Assembly: GCA_963727895.1 (NCBI GenBank)
Contig: CAVSHT010000005.1
Coordinates: forward strand, 416,001-480,000
Length of the DNA: 64,000 nt
Direction: 5' to 3'
Source of the DNA: an uncultured Methanosarcinaceae archaeon
GTDB taxonomy: Archaea > Halobacteriota > Methanosarcinia > Methanosarcinales > Methanosarcinaceae
The notes under the pieces were generated by a model. It did not search any database. It saw nothing but the letters and a program-made list of their open reading frames with translations, and was not told where the DNA came from. This document shows positions 1 through 10,944 of the stretch, in pieces (positions within the stretch are counted from its first letter, which is position 1; every line of letters starts with the position of its first letter). The position numbers were made by a program, and so were the translations under genes.

Positions 1-1076
1 TCAGATTTGACTTTATTAAATCAACAACATCCTTTCTGCCTACAAATAACCCTGAAGCGTCATCAACTCTCACAGGATTTCCAAAAATGTAAGGATTTGG
101 AATTTCTTCAAAACTTCTTAAATTATTTTTTGTAATTTGCGTTTTTTCTTCTTCAACTATTTGTGACCACTTTTCTGTAAGGGAAAGAAATTTGGCTCCT
201 ACCGATCCTTTGGTAGAAATTAAGCTTTTCTTTAAATCAAGAATATCACTTTCAAGATTATTCAAATTTTTAAGCCTATTAAAATCACTCGAAGAATTAA
301 GATAATTCCTTGCATCGATAGACAAACCATCTACAATTCTTAAAGTTTTACTGAAATCCTTTGGTAAAAAACTTTCAGAAGGTGAAAGGAATGAAAGTTT
401 TTCTGAAGCATCGGATATCTCTTTTATTGATTCTAACTTACTTAGATCCGTAATTGTTATCTCTAGAAGAGTATTGAAAGCTGCTTTCCTTTGTGTAGGT
501 CGTTTAGAAGATACGAATTCAATTTCAGCTATTCCCTGATCTCTGTTTACTTCGGTTAACATTACTAAAAAATTTGTTAAAAATGGCAGAGGATAATTAA
601 TGATTTCATCCCAATATATAGGTGATTTTTTGAACAGCCTAAAAGGCTCTTCATTAGAATATTTTGCACGGAAGTATTGAATCAAGTGTGGAAACAAATA
701 GAATCCTCGGGAATAAAATACAAAAAAACTAATACTTTCTGCAATGACTCCATCAGTGACTCCAGCAATGCCTCCAGGCAATGTCTCCAATGACTCCAAT
801 AATGCCTCCAGTAATGCCGAGAGCAATAAATAAAGCAATGAATAAAGCAATGAATAAAGCAATGAATAAAGCAACACTTAAAAGGTCTGTCCAGTTAAAA
901 GGAACTTTAAAGAAATAAAAGCTTGTAAATCTAATAGTTAAAATAACAAAGAATAAAATAATAGAGGAGTAAAAAAATAATTTCAAAAATAAATTTCGTT
1001 TGCTTTTCTTGTCTAGATTATTCACGTACTCAGTGAATGTAATGGACTTAAATATACACTGATATATCTGGAACAA
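1..1076 (-). pseudogene. Membrane-anchored AAA/STAND-like ATPase, 5' part (runs off the window), +1 frameshift near 776
   Basis: ORF 753-1076 has TM helices. After removing one base at about 776 the frame continues GGIAGVTDGVIAES... open to base 1, ending EIPNPYIFGNPVRVDDASGLFVGRKDVVDLIK, the typical NP(Y/F)..FxGR lead-in to a P-loop ATPase domain. Confidence 0.7.
823..874 (-). repeat. 12-bp tandem repeat x4 encoding (ALFI)4
   Basis: gcaat(a/g)aataaa repeated four times. Confidence 0.9.
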
Positions 1077-1107
1077 GGAGGTTTTTATCTATTTCAGCAC
1101 CTAAATT

Positions 1108-2031
1108 TCACAACCTAAAAATTATTTTTAGGATTTGGAGGACAGAATCCGCTTTTTTCAAAATATCGGAACCAGCGGTCTTACTAAATAGTCTAAAATC
1201 TCGTTTTTTCTCTAATGATTTGTAATCATAATATGCAATGTCTGTTTTGATTTCTTTTTTTAATTTTTCGCGGTTCCACTTTTTGCCCCTGTTTTCAAAG
1301 ACACACTCACATGCGATTCTCAAATGGAAAGGATTACTTCCAGCAGTCTCTTTAATCAATTTGATCTCTTTTAAATTAAAATTAACATCTTTTCTTCTTG
1401 CAGACAAAAAATCAGTGATTTCGCCAGGTTTGAATTCGCGTGATTTCAACTCGTAAAATATTGAATAAAATGTTGAGTTAAGTTTACTTTTGGTACATAA
1501 TTCTCTTAATGAGTGAAAAGATGCAGTAACGTAGGGTATGTAACCTTGATATCCAAGGGTTCTTAAGGTTTCCAGAAATTCTTCATTAAATTCATCAGAC
1601 TTTCTAATTATATAATCAAATTCATCAATTAAAAGAACAGGCTTGCATTTTGTTCTTAATGCTTTAATAGATTAGGAGAACTCAATCAAATTCTTATTAT
1701 AGTTGTTTTTTTCTTGAATTACACCAGGATCACATTCAAATTTTAACAAAACATTCTTTAAAAAATCATAAGATGTATAATAGCTTGAATCTCTTAAATC
1801 AATATATGCACTTTTATATTCGGTTCCTAATTCTTCAGGAATATTATAGAGCACATTATAGAGTAAAGAAGATTTCCCAATTTTGTTATCTCCATAAATG
1901 GAAGTACTTTGCAGTCCTTGAAGCCTTGTAAAAATTGTCCTGAGCTCGTCCTTTCTACCAAAAAACTCATCTGGATTCTTTATAACATTGATATCGGTGA
2001 AAGGATTATATCTTGCAAGGTCTGACATCAA
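1108..2031 (-). pseudogene. AAA/STAND-like P-loop ATPase with one in-frame TAA at 1672-1674
   Basis: NPF..FFGR, Walker A GDNKIGKSS. Reading through the TAA gives Walker B VLLIDEFD and joins ORF 1108-1449 (AGSNPF motif) in the same frame. Confidence 0.8.
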
Positions 2032-2149
2032 AAAATTATAATTGAGTTATTATTATTAAGCATTTTGAAAAAAATCAATTCTTTTTTCTAACACTTTTTT
2101 TATGTTTAAAAATTCACAGAAAGGGTCAAATCTATATGATTTACTAATT

Positions 2150-3970
2150 TTAAGTTTTTCTTACCTGTGCATCCTCTTCGCTCAAACCTGTCCATATAAC
2201 CTTATACCCCAGATTATCGAGCACTGGATAGTAAAGGCTGCGATCAAGCCCGAAACTTTCAAAGACTTTTACTGCATCGGCATACGTTTTTACTGCACCC
2301 GGTATTTCAAGTTCTCGATCGATTTTTTCAAGCAACTGCCTGTGAATTAAGTAGCTTTCAAGAAGAACATAATCTTGATATTTCTGTAACTCTCCAGCTT
2401 TTTGTAACTCTTCAGTTTCTTCTAACTCTCCGGCTTGTTCCAGTCCTCTTGCTTTTGAAAGTCTATCTGCAACCACTTCTTTTAAGGCATCTGGCAGAAT
2501 TCCTTTATCGGCTGCGAGTTTCTCAAGGCTTACAAGTTCTCCTGATATTGGAAAGTCCATTTCCTCCAGTTTTGACAGGTCTTCTGAAATCTTTTTTTGC
2601 TCGTACTTTCTGAGTATCTTCATGACTTCGTTTGCCGGAATTTTTTTGTCAAAGAAAATTACTTCCTGAGACGGAAAATCTTTTTCAGAGCATTTGAGTT
2701 TTCTATCAATCAGGAGGATTACAGGTTCCTTTACCTGCTTGAGTTTTTCAACCTTCTTTTCAAGGTATTCCGGAGTCCAGAAACCTATAATTTCCAGATA
2801 TACCTTTATCCCTTCCCTCTGTAAAGAGAAATCCGGAACAAAAGCGAATTTTCTGGCTTTAAGAATTGTTGGCTCCCTTTTTACCTTCCAGCTTCCCAAA
2901 CTGAGGCTGCCAAACATCTGTTCAAGTGAGCTGTCATAAGCTGCTTCTTCAGCATCTATTTCCTCAATTCCGATTTCTTTCCCAATTTCTTTTCTAGCTT
3001 CTTTTCCGGTTTCATATTCTTCCTTTTCTTCTTCAATTCGAAGCTCTGACGAAACGACCTCCGAGTACATCATTGTTTCAGGCATAAGTTTGAAAGCTTT
3101 TGCCGAGTCATCAAGGGTAAACTCCAAAATACGCTTTCCCTGGTAACTTTTGTGAAGAATACCTGCTTTAAGCTTCCATCCTTTCGATCTCAGCAGGGCA
3201 GGAAATATTTTTGCAAAAGAATTCCCATAGCGTTCCGAAATCCGAAACAGAGATGCAGGACCGTCCAGATGAAGGTGAACGGCTTCAAACTCTGTAGAGT
3301 TTTCTATGAGTTTTTCTTTTTCTCTATTGATTTTTCTATTATCGATTTTGATATTTCTATCATCGACTTTGACTTTTTCCTCTTCAGAATCTTCAAGAGA
3401 ATACATCAGCCCCAAACGAAGGATTTTCCAGAGTATTTTTTGAAAATCACCTTTTATCCAGATATCAAGATCAATTGCGCGGAAAAGCAAGGTCTGAGTA
3501 AGGGAAATATTATACTGTTTTAGGAGTTCTGCTGGAGAAAGAGGTATGAAACTTTTGACTATTTGATTCTCCTCAAGATCAGCCCAGAGAGCCTTATCAA
3601 GTTCTTTTTCTGAAATTGAAAGCTTCTTTGCAGCTTTCTGCAGAGCCTCTTTTCTCTCGGCAGGAGAAAGAGCCATGCCTCCGCAGGTTTCAAAAACTGT
3701 TTCTCTGGCAAGAGAAGGATCAACGGCTGCATCGGTTTCTATAACTGTACGCCTTTCAAGTAACTGGGAAAGCCCTCTGATAAAGCGGTAATTCATTTCC
3801 TCGTAGCCCTCAAGCTCAGCCATAAGCTCTCCATAGGTTTTTCCGATATGCTGCTCGAAAGTCTCTATCAAGAGCCTTGCAAGTTCCAGGTTTTCGGAAT
3901 TAAAAGCTGCATATACAGGTTTTATTTTCTCCCTGAAAATATGAGTTACAAGAAGTTCAGATGTGAGCAG
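2150..3970 (-). CDS. DUF790 family endonuclease (Bax1-like)
   Basis: YNxSLxQTLLF, DGPxSLF..ERYG, PDF..EIIGFWTPEYLEKK motifs. The frame is open upstream to CTG at 3970 (LLTSELL), preceded by GGAGG. Confidence 0.85.
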   Translation of the reverse strand: MLTSELLVTHIFREKIKPVYAAFNSENLELARLLIETFEQHIGKTYGELMAELEGYEEMNYRFIRGLSQLLERRTVIETDAAVDPSLARETVFETCGGMALSPAERKEALQKAAKKLSISEKELDKALWADLEENQIVKSFIPLSPAELLKQYNISLTQTLLFRAIDLDIWIKGDFQKILWKILRLGLMYSLEDSEEEKVKVDDRNIKIDNRKINREKEKLIENSTEFEAVHLHLDGPASLFRISERYGNSFAKIFPALLRSKGWKLKAGILHKSYQGKRILEFTLDDSAKAFKLMPETMMYSEVVSSELRIEEEKEEYETGKEARKEIGKEIGIEEIDAEEAAYDSSLEQMFGSLSLGSWKVKREPTILKARKFAFVPDFSLQREGIKVYLEIIGFWTPEYLEKKVEKLKQVKEPVILLIDRKLKCSEKDFPSQEVIFFDKKIPANEVMKILRKYEQKKISEDLSKLEEMDFPISGELVSLEKLAADKGILPDALKEVVADRLSKARGLEQAGELEETEELQKAGELQKYQDYVLLESYLIHRQLLEKIDRELEIPGAVKTYADAVKVFESFGLDRSLYYPVLDNLGYKVIWTGLSEEDAQVRKT

Positions 3971-5402
3971 GAGATTCGCCTCCTGAGTTTTTTTCGTTTT
4001 TAATTTGTTTTTCTCTGCCTGTTTTTTCAGTTTCTTTCCGGACTGAAACAGCTTCCTTTCTTCTCCTGGCAGTTCCTGCTTCGGTAGTTTCTTCGGTTAT
4101 GATCTCATAGAGTATGGCTTCTTTTCCTTCTTTTTTCCTGAGAATCCTTCCAAGGCGCTGAATATATGCTAACTTGCTCCCTGTACCGCTTGCTATAATT
4201 CCTATATTTGCTTCTGGAACGTCAATGCCTTCATCAAGCACTTTTGAAGTAACTACAGCTCTGTATTTTCCGTTTTTGAACTTTTCAAGGATGGAGGTCC
4301 TTTCTTTTGCAGGCGTCCTGTAAGTAATTGAAGGAATAAGAAACTCTCTGGATATCCTGTGGACAAGCCGATTATGTTCCGTAAAAATGAAAATCCGGTC
4401 TTCCCGGTGTTTATTAAGGATTTCTTTCAGTTTTTCAAGTTTTGATTCGGTGTTGAAAGCAAGTTCTCTTGCTGCGTTTCTTGCAAGAAGGGCTTTTCTG
4501 GCTTCAGGATCTCTCCCGCTTTTCATGACCAGTTTCTGAAAATCTCTCGGTCCCCGGAGAACCATTCCGATTTTTAGAAGATAATCTGTATAAACCGAAT
4601 AATACTTGTCGTATTCCTCTCGTTCTTCATCTGTAAGTGAGGCTGCTATTCGCTTGATCCTGTAAGGTGCAAGGTGGCTGCCTGCAAGCTCTGAGACGTG
4701 CTTTTCGTATACTTTTCCCCCTACAAGCCTGTTAAGCTCCGAATGTAGCTCATCTTCCCTTTCATAAGTAGCTGTTAACCCAAGTCTGTAAGGAGCTGCG
4801 GAAAACTCGGCAATGCTTCTGTATCCCGTTGCAGGCAAGTGATGTACTTCATCAAAAATAAGAAGACCGAATCTGTTTCCAAGAGTTTCGGCATGAATAT
4901 AAGCAGAATCGTATGTGGAAACAGTTATTGAAATAATTTTTTTCTCCCCGCCCCCAAGCTTTCCTATTTCCATTAAAAAAGCTTCTTCAAGCTGTTTTTT
5001 CCATTGTTCGAGCAGGTCAAGAGTAGGGACAACTACAAGAGCAGGAGTATTGCAACCTGCAATTGCCCGAATCCCAACAAGAGTTTTCCCACTTCCTGTT
5101 GGAAGGACAAGCACTCCCCATCTATTATTTTCTCCCCAGGTAACAAGAGCCTCGGCTTGATAGTCTCTTAACTTAAGTTTTTTTCCAGAAGCTTCATACG
5201 CTACTGCTAAATCTGGACACGGAAGGAGGTCAAGCACTTCATCTTTAAAAGAGATCTTAGAATTTTTCAGATAGCTGATTATATCTCTATAATAAAGAGC
5301 AAGAGCTCTGAAGTTTCCGCTTCTCTCATCCCAGACTGCATTGGGAACTCTCACATTTCCTTCTAAAATAAGTGTTCCCTGCTTGAAGCTAATTTTGATC
5401 AT
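3957..5402 (-). CDS. xpb: XPB/Rad25-like SF2 DNA helicase
   Basis: LRDYQ, PTGSGKT, DEVHH, TAT, DEGIDVP, QRLGRILR; overlaps the DUF790 gene. Confidence 0.85.
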   Translation of the reverse strand: MIKISFKQGTLILEGNVRVPNAVWDERSGNFRALALYYRDIISYLKNSKISFKDEVLDLLPCPDLAVAYEASGKKLKLRDYQAEALVTWGENNRWGVLVLPTGSGKTLVGIRAIAGCNTPALVVVPTLDLLEQWKKQLEEAFLMEIGKLGGGEKKIISITVSTYDSAYIHAETLGNRFGLLIFDEVHHLPATGYRSIAEFSAAPYRLGLTATYEREDELHSELNRLVGGKVYEKHVSELAGSHLAPYRIKRIAASLTDEEREEYDKYYSVYTDYLLKIGMVLRGPRDFQKLVMKSGRDPEARKALLARNAARELAFNTESKLEKLKEILNKHREDRIFIFTEHNRLVHRISREFLIPSITYRTPAKERTSILEKFKNGKYRAVVTSKVLDEGIDVPEANIGIIASGTGSKLAYIQRLGRILRKKEGKEAILYEIITEETTEAGTARRRKEAVSVRKETEKTGREKQIKNEKNSGGESPAHI

Positions 5403-5630
5403 TGTTTATTAGAAGTCTGGACATTATATATAATTATTAAGTTATCCGAAATATCTCTGTTTAAGTTACTGTTATTCTATTATATTTATTTGTGACCTTG
5501 CACATTTAATGTTTGGACCAAAAATAAGCTTAAATTGATCCGAAAATAATCTTAAATTGATTTAATACAAACACAGATAAGAAATTGATTTAATGCAAAC
5601 ACTGATAAGAAGTAGAAAGGGGGTTTTAAT

Positions 5631-6317
5631 GTGGATTCGGAAAAGAAATCTTCAGGTAATGGTCATTCAGATGAAGATTCTAGCCTAAGAACATCAGCGG
5701 ATAAAAAGCCTGTAGAAAACCTTTACTCTGAGCCTTTATCTCTGGAAGACCTTTTTCATATTTATGGAATTGAACGCAGCCATGCCAATAATGTAGCCAG
5801 GAACGCTCTTGAGCTCTTTGACACTCTTAACTCTATACACGGCCTAGACACTGAAATGAGAAAACTTGTGGAGATAGCTGCGCTTGTTCATGATGCAGGA
5901 GTTGCAACAGATTTTGAGAACCATCATAAAGCAGGAAGGAACATTTTGCTCCTTCACCCACCTTTAGAAATTCCTGAAAAGTTTAGACCTGTTGTTGCAT
6001 GGACTTCTTTCCTGCATAAAAAAAGTGTAGGAAAAGAGAAAATTGAAAAGCTTAAAGGAAAAGACTTTGGAAAAATGCCAGAGGAACTTCAGGATCTTAC
6101 TCTGAAAGTGGCTGCCCTTATTCGGCTTGCAGATGCTCTTGATTACAGCAGGATGGAAAGCAGGCTTGGAAAGACCATATTCAAAAAGAAGTTCGTTATC
6201 TTTTATATTGAAGGACAAGGGGCAGCAATAGATGCAGAAAGAATGGATAAAAAAAGTGATCTCTGGCATCTACTTTATGATACGAAACTGGAGTTTAAGC
6301 CTGAATCCGTAGAATGA
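5631..6317 (+). CDS. HD-domain protein (Ppx/GppA C-terminal-like)
   Basis: H...ALELFD...HD...HH...ADALD pattern. Confidence 0.75.
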   Translation: MDSEKKSSGNGHSDEDSSLRTSADKKPVENLYSEPLSLEDLFHIYGIERSHANNVARNALELFDTLNSIHGLDTEMRKLVEIAALVHDAGVATDFENHHKAGRNILLLHPPLEIPEKFRPVVAWTSFLHKKSVGKEKIEKLKGKDFGKMPEELQDLTLKVAALIRLADALDYSRMESRLGKTIFKKKFVIFYIEGQGAAIDAERMDKKSDLWHLLYDTKLEFKPESVE

Positions 6318-6384
6318 AAGTTGTTTATGGAAAATCTGATTATGGAAAAGTTGTATATTTCATTGATCTATAAGGTATAATTCT

Positions 6385-7101
6385 ATGGGTCACCTTATAC
6401 TTGTCAGGCATGGAGAACCTGGCTTAAAGCCTGAAGACAGGCTTGCCGGCTGGATGGACATTCCCCTCAGCAGAAAAGGAATAGAAGAAGCTCTTGAGTG
6501 TTCAGTAGAACTCGAAAAGTTTGAACTTGATCTTGCTTTTGCCTCAAACCTTGTTAGGACTCAGGAAACTCTTTTTATAATATTGTCAGGGCAGAAGAAG
6601 AAAGGGATCATTGTCCATGAAACAGGTAACGTAGAAGATTCAGAGAAAATAAATTGGTACTCTTCATATCCTGAAAAGCTAGGCAAAAATCTCATTCCAA
6701 TTTATCTCACACCTCTTTTAAACGAGCGCTACTATGGAAAGCTTCAGGGCAGGAAAAAACAGAAAATGGAAGAAAAATACGGAGCAGAAAACCTTTCTAC
6801 CTGGAGATGGAACTTTGAGCCAGGTCCACCTGAAGGAGAAAGCCTCAAAACCGTGTATGAACGTGCAGTGCCTTATTTTGATGAAAAGATTCTGCCTGCA
6901 GTAAAAGAGGGTAAAAATGTGCTGATCTGTGCTCACCAGGGAAGCCTAAGAGCCCTTGTCAAACACATAGAACAAATATCTGGTGAAGATATAAGGAAAA
7001 TCAGGTTTTCTACAGGCGAATTTGCGAGATATAAGTATTCTGAAGGTAAATTAATTAGAGAAAGCGCTGAGATGAGCTTAGAGAATAAAAGGAACCTTTA
7101 A
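6385..7101 (+). CDS. gpmA: 2,3-BPG-dependent phosphoglycerate mutase / histidine phosphatase family
   Basis: LILVRHGE, LNERYYGKLQG, PPEGESL, AHQGSLRAL. Confidence 0.8.
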   Translation: MGHLILVRHGEPGLKPEDRLAGWMDIPLSRKGIEEALECSVELEKFELDLAFASNLVRTQETLFIILSGQKKKGIIVHETGNVEDSEKINWYSSYPEKLGKNLIPIYLTPLLNERYYGKLQGRKKQKMEEKYGAENLSTWRWNFEPGPPEGESLKTVYERAVPYFDEKILPAVKEGKNVLICAHQGSLRALVKHIEQISGEDIRKIRFSTGEFARYKYSEGKLIRESAEMSLENKRNL

Positions 7102-7249
7102 TTTTCCAGATTCATTTTTCAATCCCTTTTAATCTCTTTTCTGATTACTTTTTTAATATCATTTTAATGCCTTTTCAGATCCCTTTTCTAGAAGCTTCAC
7201 ATAAATTTATGAGAAAAGACTCTACAAAGGGAATAGACACTACAAAAAT

Positions 7250-7717
7250 TTATATCTCCAGCACCTTAACTGCTATGTCGGAACTGATAATATAATCAAA
7301 GTCTATGATCTCATCCCATTTCTGATTCATGAATGCATACTGGAAACAGACTCCTATTATTTTTCCTTTTTGAGAACTTTCTAGAACTTTCTTTGAGACT
7401 TCTTTTGCTTTTTCAGGACTTACTCCTATCTTCGGCATTGCAAGCCCACCAAGAAGAACAATAACATCAGCGTGTGTATCTGTAGGTTCTCCAAGATGCA
7501 TACCTTCATTATCCATGAAGATAGACCTAGCTTTTTCAAAGTCCTGGCTGGAAATAAAAGCAAGTTCTTTATCCCTAACTGCAAAGCCTATAAGTTCAGC
7601 AAAAGGGGTGCAGAAACCTGGTGTTCCCACAAAAGTAATCTTTTCTGCATCTTCGACAAGGCCCTTAAAACTATTCAGGATGCCTCCGACTCCCTGTGAG
7701 GTGTTTATTACTTCCAC
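7250..7717 (-). CDS. DUF2124 family methanogen protein
   Basis: GTPGFCTPFAEL, LGGLAMPK, GVCFQ motifs. Confidence 0.75.
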   Translation of the reverse strand: MEVINTSQGVGGILNSFKGLVEDAEKITFVGTPGFCTPFAELIGFAVRDKELAFISSQDFEKARSIFMDNEGMHLGEPTDTHADVIVLLGGLAMPKIGVSPEKAKEVSKKVLESSQKGKIIGVCFQYAFMNQKWDEIIDFDYIISSDIAVKVLEI

Positions 7718-7963
7718 AAAATGCTCTCCTTAAATGTTAACAAAATCTAATTTTTAGAAATTTTCAATTTAACTTTAATTTCAGTAACTTCAATTTCAGT
7801 AAAATTGGAGACATTCACTTAAATAAGTGATGTTAACAGTGTTTATAAAGACCCAGAGAGAAAATAAAAATATTTGATAGGAACGTAAATGGAAAAGTAG
7901 AACACAGAAAAAGGCAAAAAGAATAAAAATTTATGAAAAAATTGAAAGAGCAAAGAATGCCCT

Positions 7964-8929
7964 TTATACCTCTCTGATCCCGAAAGACTGGAGTAGGATT
8001 TCCGGATAGATTCCACCACTGGAAATTGTTTTTGTACTCTTAAGGTCATTTACCGTTAGTCTGGCGGGGGCAAACATACCTGCATCAACTTTAAAGAAGT
8101 CAAAGTTTGCTTCTTTAAAGGTCTGGTAGAATGGCTTTCCAAAGTCTTTGGAGGTTGTGGACGGTACTTTCTTCACGAATTCCTCAAGCTCAGCCAGTTC
8201 TCCATCAAAGCTAACCGTATAATTGGTTTCGCCGCAGTAGATTACACAATCATTGGTTGAACCCATGCACTGCACATCGTTTCCTACAACAGGAGCAATC
8301 GGAGCAACACCATACCCGCTTTTAATGCAGTTGATGTTAAAACCAACAGATTCAAGCTTGTGGATTCCGGTTTCTACAACACGAGCCGAAATCTGGACAG
8401 AACCGGCAATAGAAGCAGTAGGAGCAACAGCAATGATTACATTTTCAGGGTCTACACTGCAGTGTTTTGCGATATATTCCGCAACTTTTTCATCAGGTAG
8501 TTTATCGGACTCCATGACAAGAACCGCAGCTTCAAAGTTATCTTCATATCCTATTTTTTCATAAAGTTCTTTCGGTTTTAAGCCAAGAGCACGTGCAGGT
8601 CCGGACCCCATACCAAAGTAATTGCCTACAGAGATTCTCCAGCCTGCATACTGTGAAGCCATACATGCAATTACAGGATTATCTGTTGCTACCTGAATGG
8701 CAGGCCATTTAAGACCTTTCAGATCAAAAGTAGTGTATTTGAGGTCAGCAAGGTCGGCCAGACAAAGCCGTGCCAGGTACATTCCAGCTTCATATCCGCC
8801 TTCTACTTTAACTCCACAGTCAATAACCGTAGCGCCGTTTTCGAGCTTAAGCACTTCAGTTTTCAGGTCTTCACTCCAGTCGAGCATCTCTTCGATGACG
8901 TTTGATCCCATTTCGTTGACACTTATCAA
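7964..8929 (-). CDS. mch: Methenyltetrahydromethanopterin cyclohydrolase
   Basis: MISVN start, [28 protein letters not shown] motifs. Confidence 0.97.
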   Translation of the reverse strand: MISVNEMGSNVIEEMLDWSEDLKTEVLKLENGATVIDCGVKVEGGYEAGMYLARLCLADLADLKYTTFDLKGLKWPAIQVATDNPVIACMASQYAGWRISVGNYFGMGSGPARALGLKPKELYEKIGYEDNFEAAVLVMESDKLPDEKVAEYIAKHCSVDPENVIIAVAPTASIAGSVQISARVVETGIHKLESVGFNINCIKSGYGVAPIAPVVGNDVQCMGSTNDCVIYCGETNYTVSFDGELAELEEFVKKVPSTTSKDFGKPFYQTFKEANFDFFKVDAGMFAPARLTVNDLKSTKTISSGGIYPEILLQSFGIREV

Positions 8930-9322
8930 AATATCACCTTTACTACTGCTCCGAGATAAACAGGAATATTATCCTTACATGATCAGGAAGTCATTTATTT
9001 TTCTGCCCTTATTGTGCAGAAAAACTGTTTATCGATCAGAGAATTGATTATAAAGAAAATTACGTGTAAAAAGAATAATCTCAATCAAGAGTTACTTATC
9101 AATTAGAGAATCGGTAATTAATCGAAACTAGTTTAACCCAATTTGAAGTCTAAGTCCTTTTGCCAGAGTTAACAAACAATGTTATTATCTTAAGGGTATT
9201 CAGCCGATTAATGACATTACCGGAGTAAGATAAAGTAATTCTTTTATGGAGTTTCTTCTTTTTTATAATTTGTTATCCGTATATGAAGAATCTAATATAT
9301 AAATACTGTTATAATATTTTAT

Positions 9323-10516
9323 TTATATGATAAAAAGTCGATCGTTTTTTCGAACTTTACTGTTAACAGCAAGGCCAATTGTATCTCCTTTTTCAGCTTT
9401 TTCAAGAAATTCCTCTTTTTTCATCAGAGAACTGACTTTTTGTCTCAAATAAGTAGTACTTCCTTCAATTATAATCTCGTCTCCAATTGCAAGCCCTTCT
9501 TCAAGAAGCTTAATGGTTGCAGCCTGTTGCTTTGGATAATAATTTTCAACGATTCCTACAGCCCTGCGATGCTTTTCCGATATATTCATATCTTTTTCAG
9601 GAGAAAAACTTTCAAGGCCCGGGACCCCAAAGTAAAAACCAGTTGAAAAACCTCTGTTATAAACCGAAGAAAGTTCACGTTTCCAAGCTTCTATTTTTTC
9701 AGCAGTATAATTTCCTTCTATACAGGCGTCGATCGCTTCCCTGTAGCAGCGGGAAACCGTTTCAAGGTATACAGTACCCCTCAGTCGCCCTTCGACTTTA
9801 AAGGCATTTATGCCAGCTTCAAAAAGTTTGGGGATATGTTCTATCATACAGAGGTCTTTTGCACTTAGAAGGTACTTTCCAAGGCTAGCTGCAATAAGTC
9901 CATTTTCCCCGTGAAGCTCCCATTCCCAGCGGCAAGGTTGGGCGCATTCTCCACAGTTTCCAGATTTTCCCAGAACATAAGCAGAAAGATGACATCGACC
10001 TGAAACTGCCATACACATTGCACCGTGAACGAAGGTTTCAATTTCTATCTCAGTTTGCTGATTTATTCTTTTTATTTCTTCAAGGGAAAGCTCTCTCGAA
10101 AGCACAATTCTTTCCGCCCCAAGACCTCGATAGAAATTTGCAGTTTCATGATTGGTAACATTTGCCTGCGTAGATATATGAACTCGAAGCCCGGCTCTTC
10201 GAGATCTGATAATTACAGCCGGGTCCCAAGCTATAACTGCATCTACTTTTGCATTCGCAGCTGCAGTAATTACATCTGGCACGTCTCCTAGATTTTCTTC
10301 ATTTACTGCTGAATTTATAGCAAGATAAGCTCTAAGTCCTCTGGCTTTTACTTCAGAGACAAAATCACCAAGATTCTCCAGAGTAATTTCTTTTGCCTTT
10401 GCTCTAAGACTGAGTTGATCTGTTGAAAAATAGACAGCATCAGCATATTTTGAGCAAGCCTCAAGCCCTGAAAGGTTCTTTATTCCCAGAATGAGTTCAG
10501 GTTTTGAATTACGCAT
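9323..10516 (-). CDS. Peptidase U32 family protein (putative Fe-S hydroxylation factor)
   Basis: HISTQ, SRELSL, HGAMCMAVSGRC, C..PCR, KVEGR. Confidence 0.9.
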   Translation of the reverse strand: MRNSKPELILGIKNLSGLEACSKYADAVYFSTDQLSLRAKAKEITLENLGDFVSEVKARGLRAYLAINSAVNEENLGDVPDVITAAANAKVDAVIAWDPAVIIRSRRAGLRVHISTQANVTNHETANFYRGLGAERIVLSRELSLEEIKRINQQTEIEIETFVHGAMCMAVSGRCHLSAYVLGKSGNCGECAQPCRWEWELHGENGLIAASLGKYLLSAKDLCMIEHIPKLFEAGINAFKVEGRLRGTVYLETVSRCYREAIDACIEGNYTAEKIEAWKRELSSVYNRGFSTGFYFGVPGLESFSPEKDMNISEKHRRAVGIVENYYPKQQAATIKLLEEGLAIGDEIIIEGSTTYLRQKVSSLMKKEEFLEKAEKGDTIGLAVNSKVRKNDRLFII

Positions 10517-10688
10517 GAAAACAGAAAATACTATATTTCATTTAAAAATATCTTATCTCCCCTTCACAATGAAATAAATAATGCAATGAAATGTTAACTT
10601 TTAGCTATTTGTATGATGATTCAATGGTTAACAGATACCTTTATATAAATGAAGAGTCATTTTTAAAATGGGGATTAAAGTAAAAGCT

Positions 10689-10776
10689 TTTGTTAGCTTT
10701 TGTTGATAAACAAATACAAGAATTACTTACTGTTTGTTAGCTTTTGTTGATAAACAAATACAAGAATTACTTACTG
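10689..10776. repeat. Perfect 44-bp tandem duplication
   Basis: tttgttagcttttgttgataaacaaatacaagaattacttactg x2. Confidence 0.9.
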
Positions 10777-10807
10777 TTGCTATAATCATCAAATATGGGG
10801 GGATAAA

Positions 10808-10876
10808 ATGGAATACGAACTCGAAGAGGTCGAGAAAGATTTTATAGAGTTTAGAAAAGAAATGGGAGAATATTAA
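10808..10876 (+). CDS. Putative 22-aa acidic small protein MEYELEEVEKDFIEFRKEMGEY
   Basis: G-rich RBS-like GGGGGGA just upstream of ATG; TATA-like TTTATATA at about 10640. Confidence 0.5.
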   Translation: MEYELEEVEKDFIEFRKEMGEY

Positions 10877-10944
10877 CTTTAAGAAGAAAACTAACTCTAG
10901 AAAACTAACTCTATATGAAAAATATAACTGCTGGAATGTGGTGA

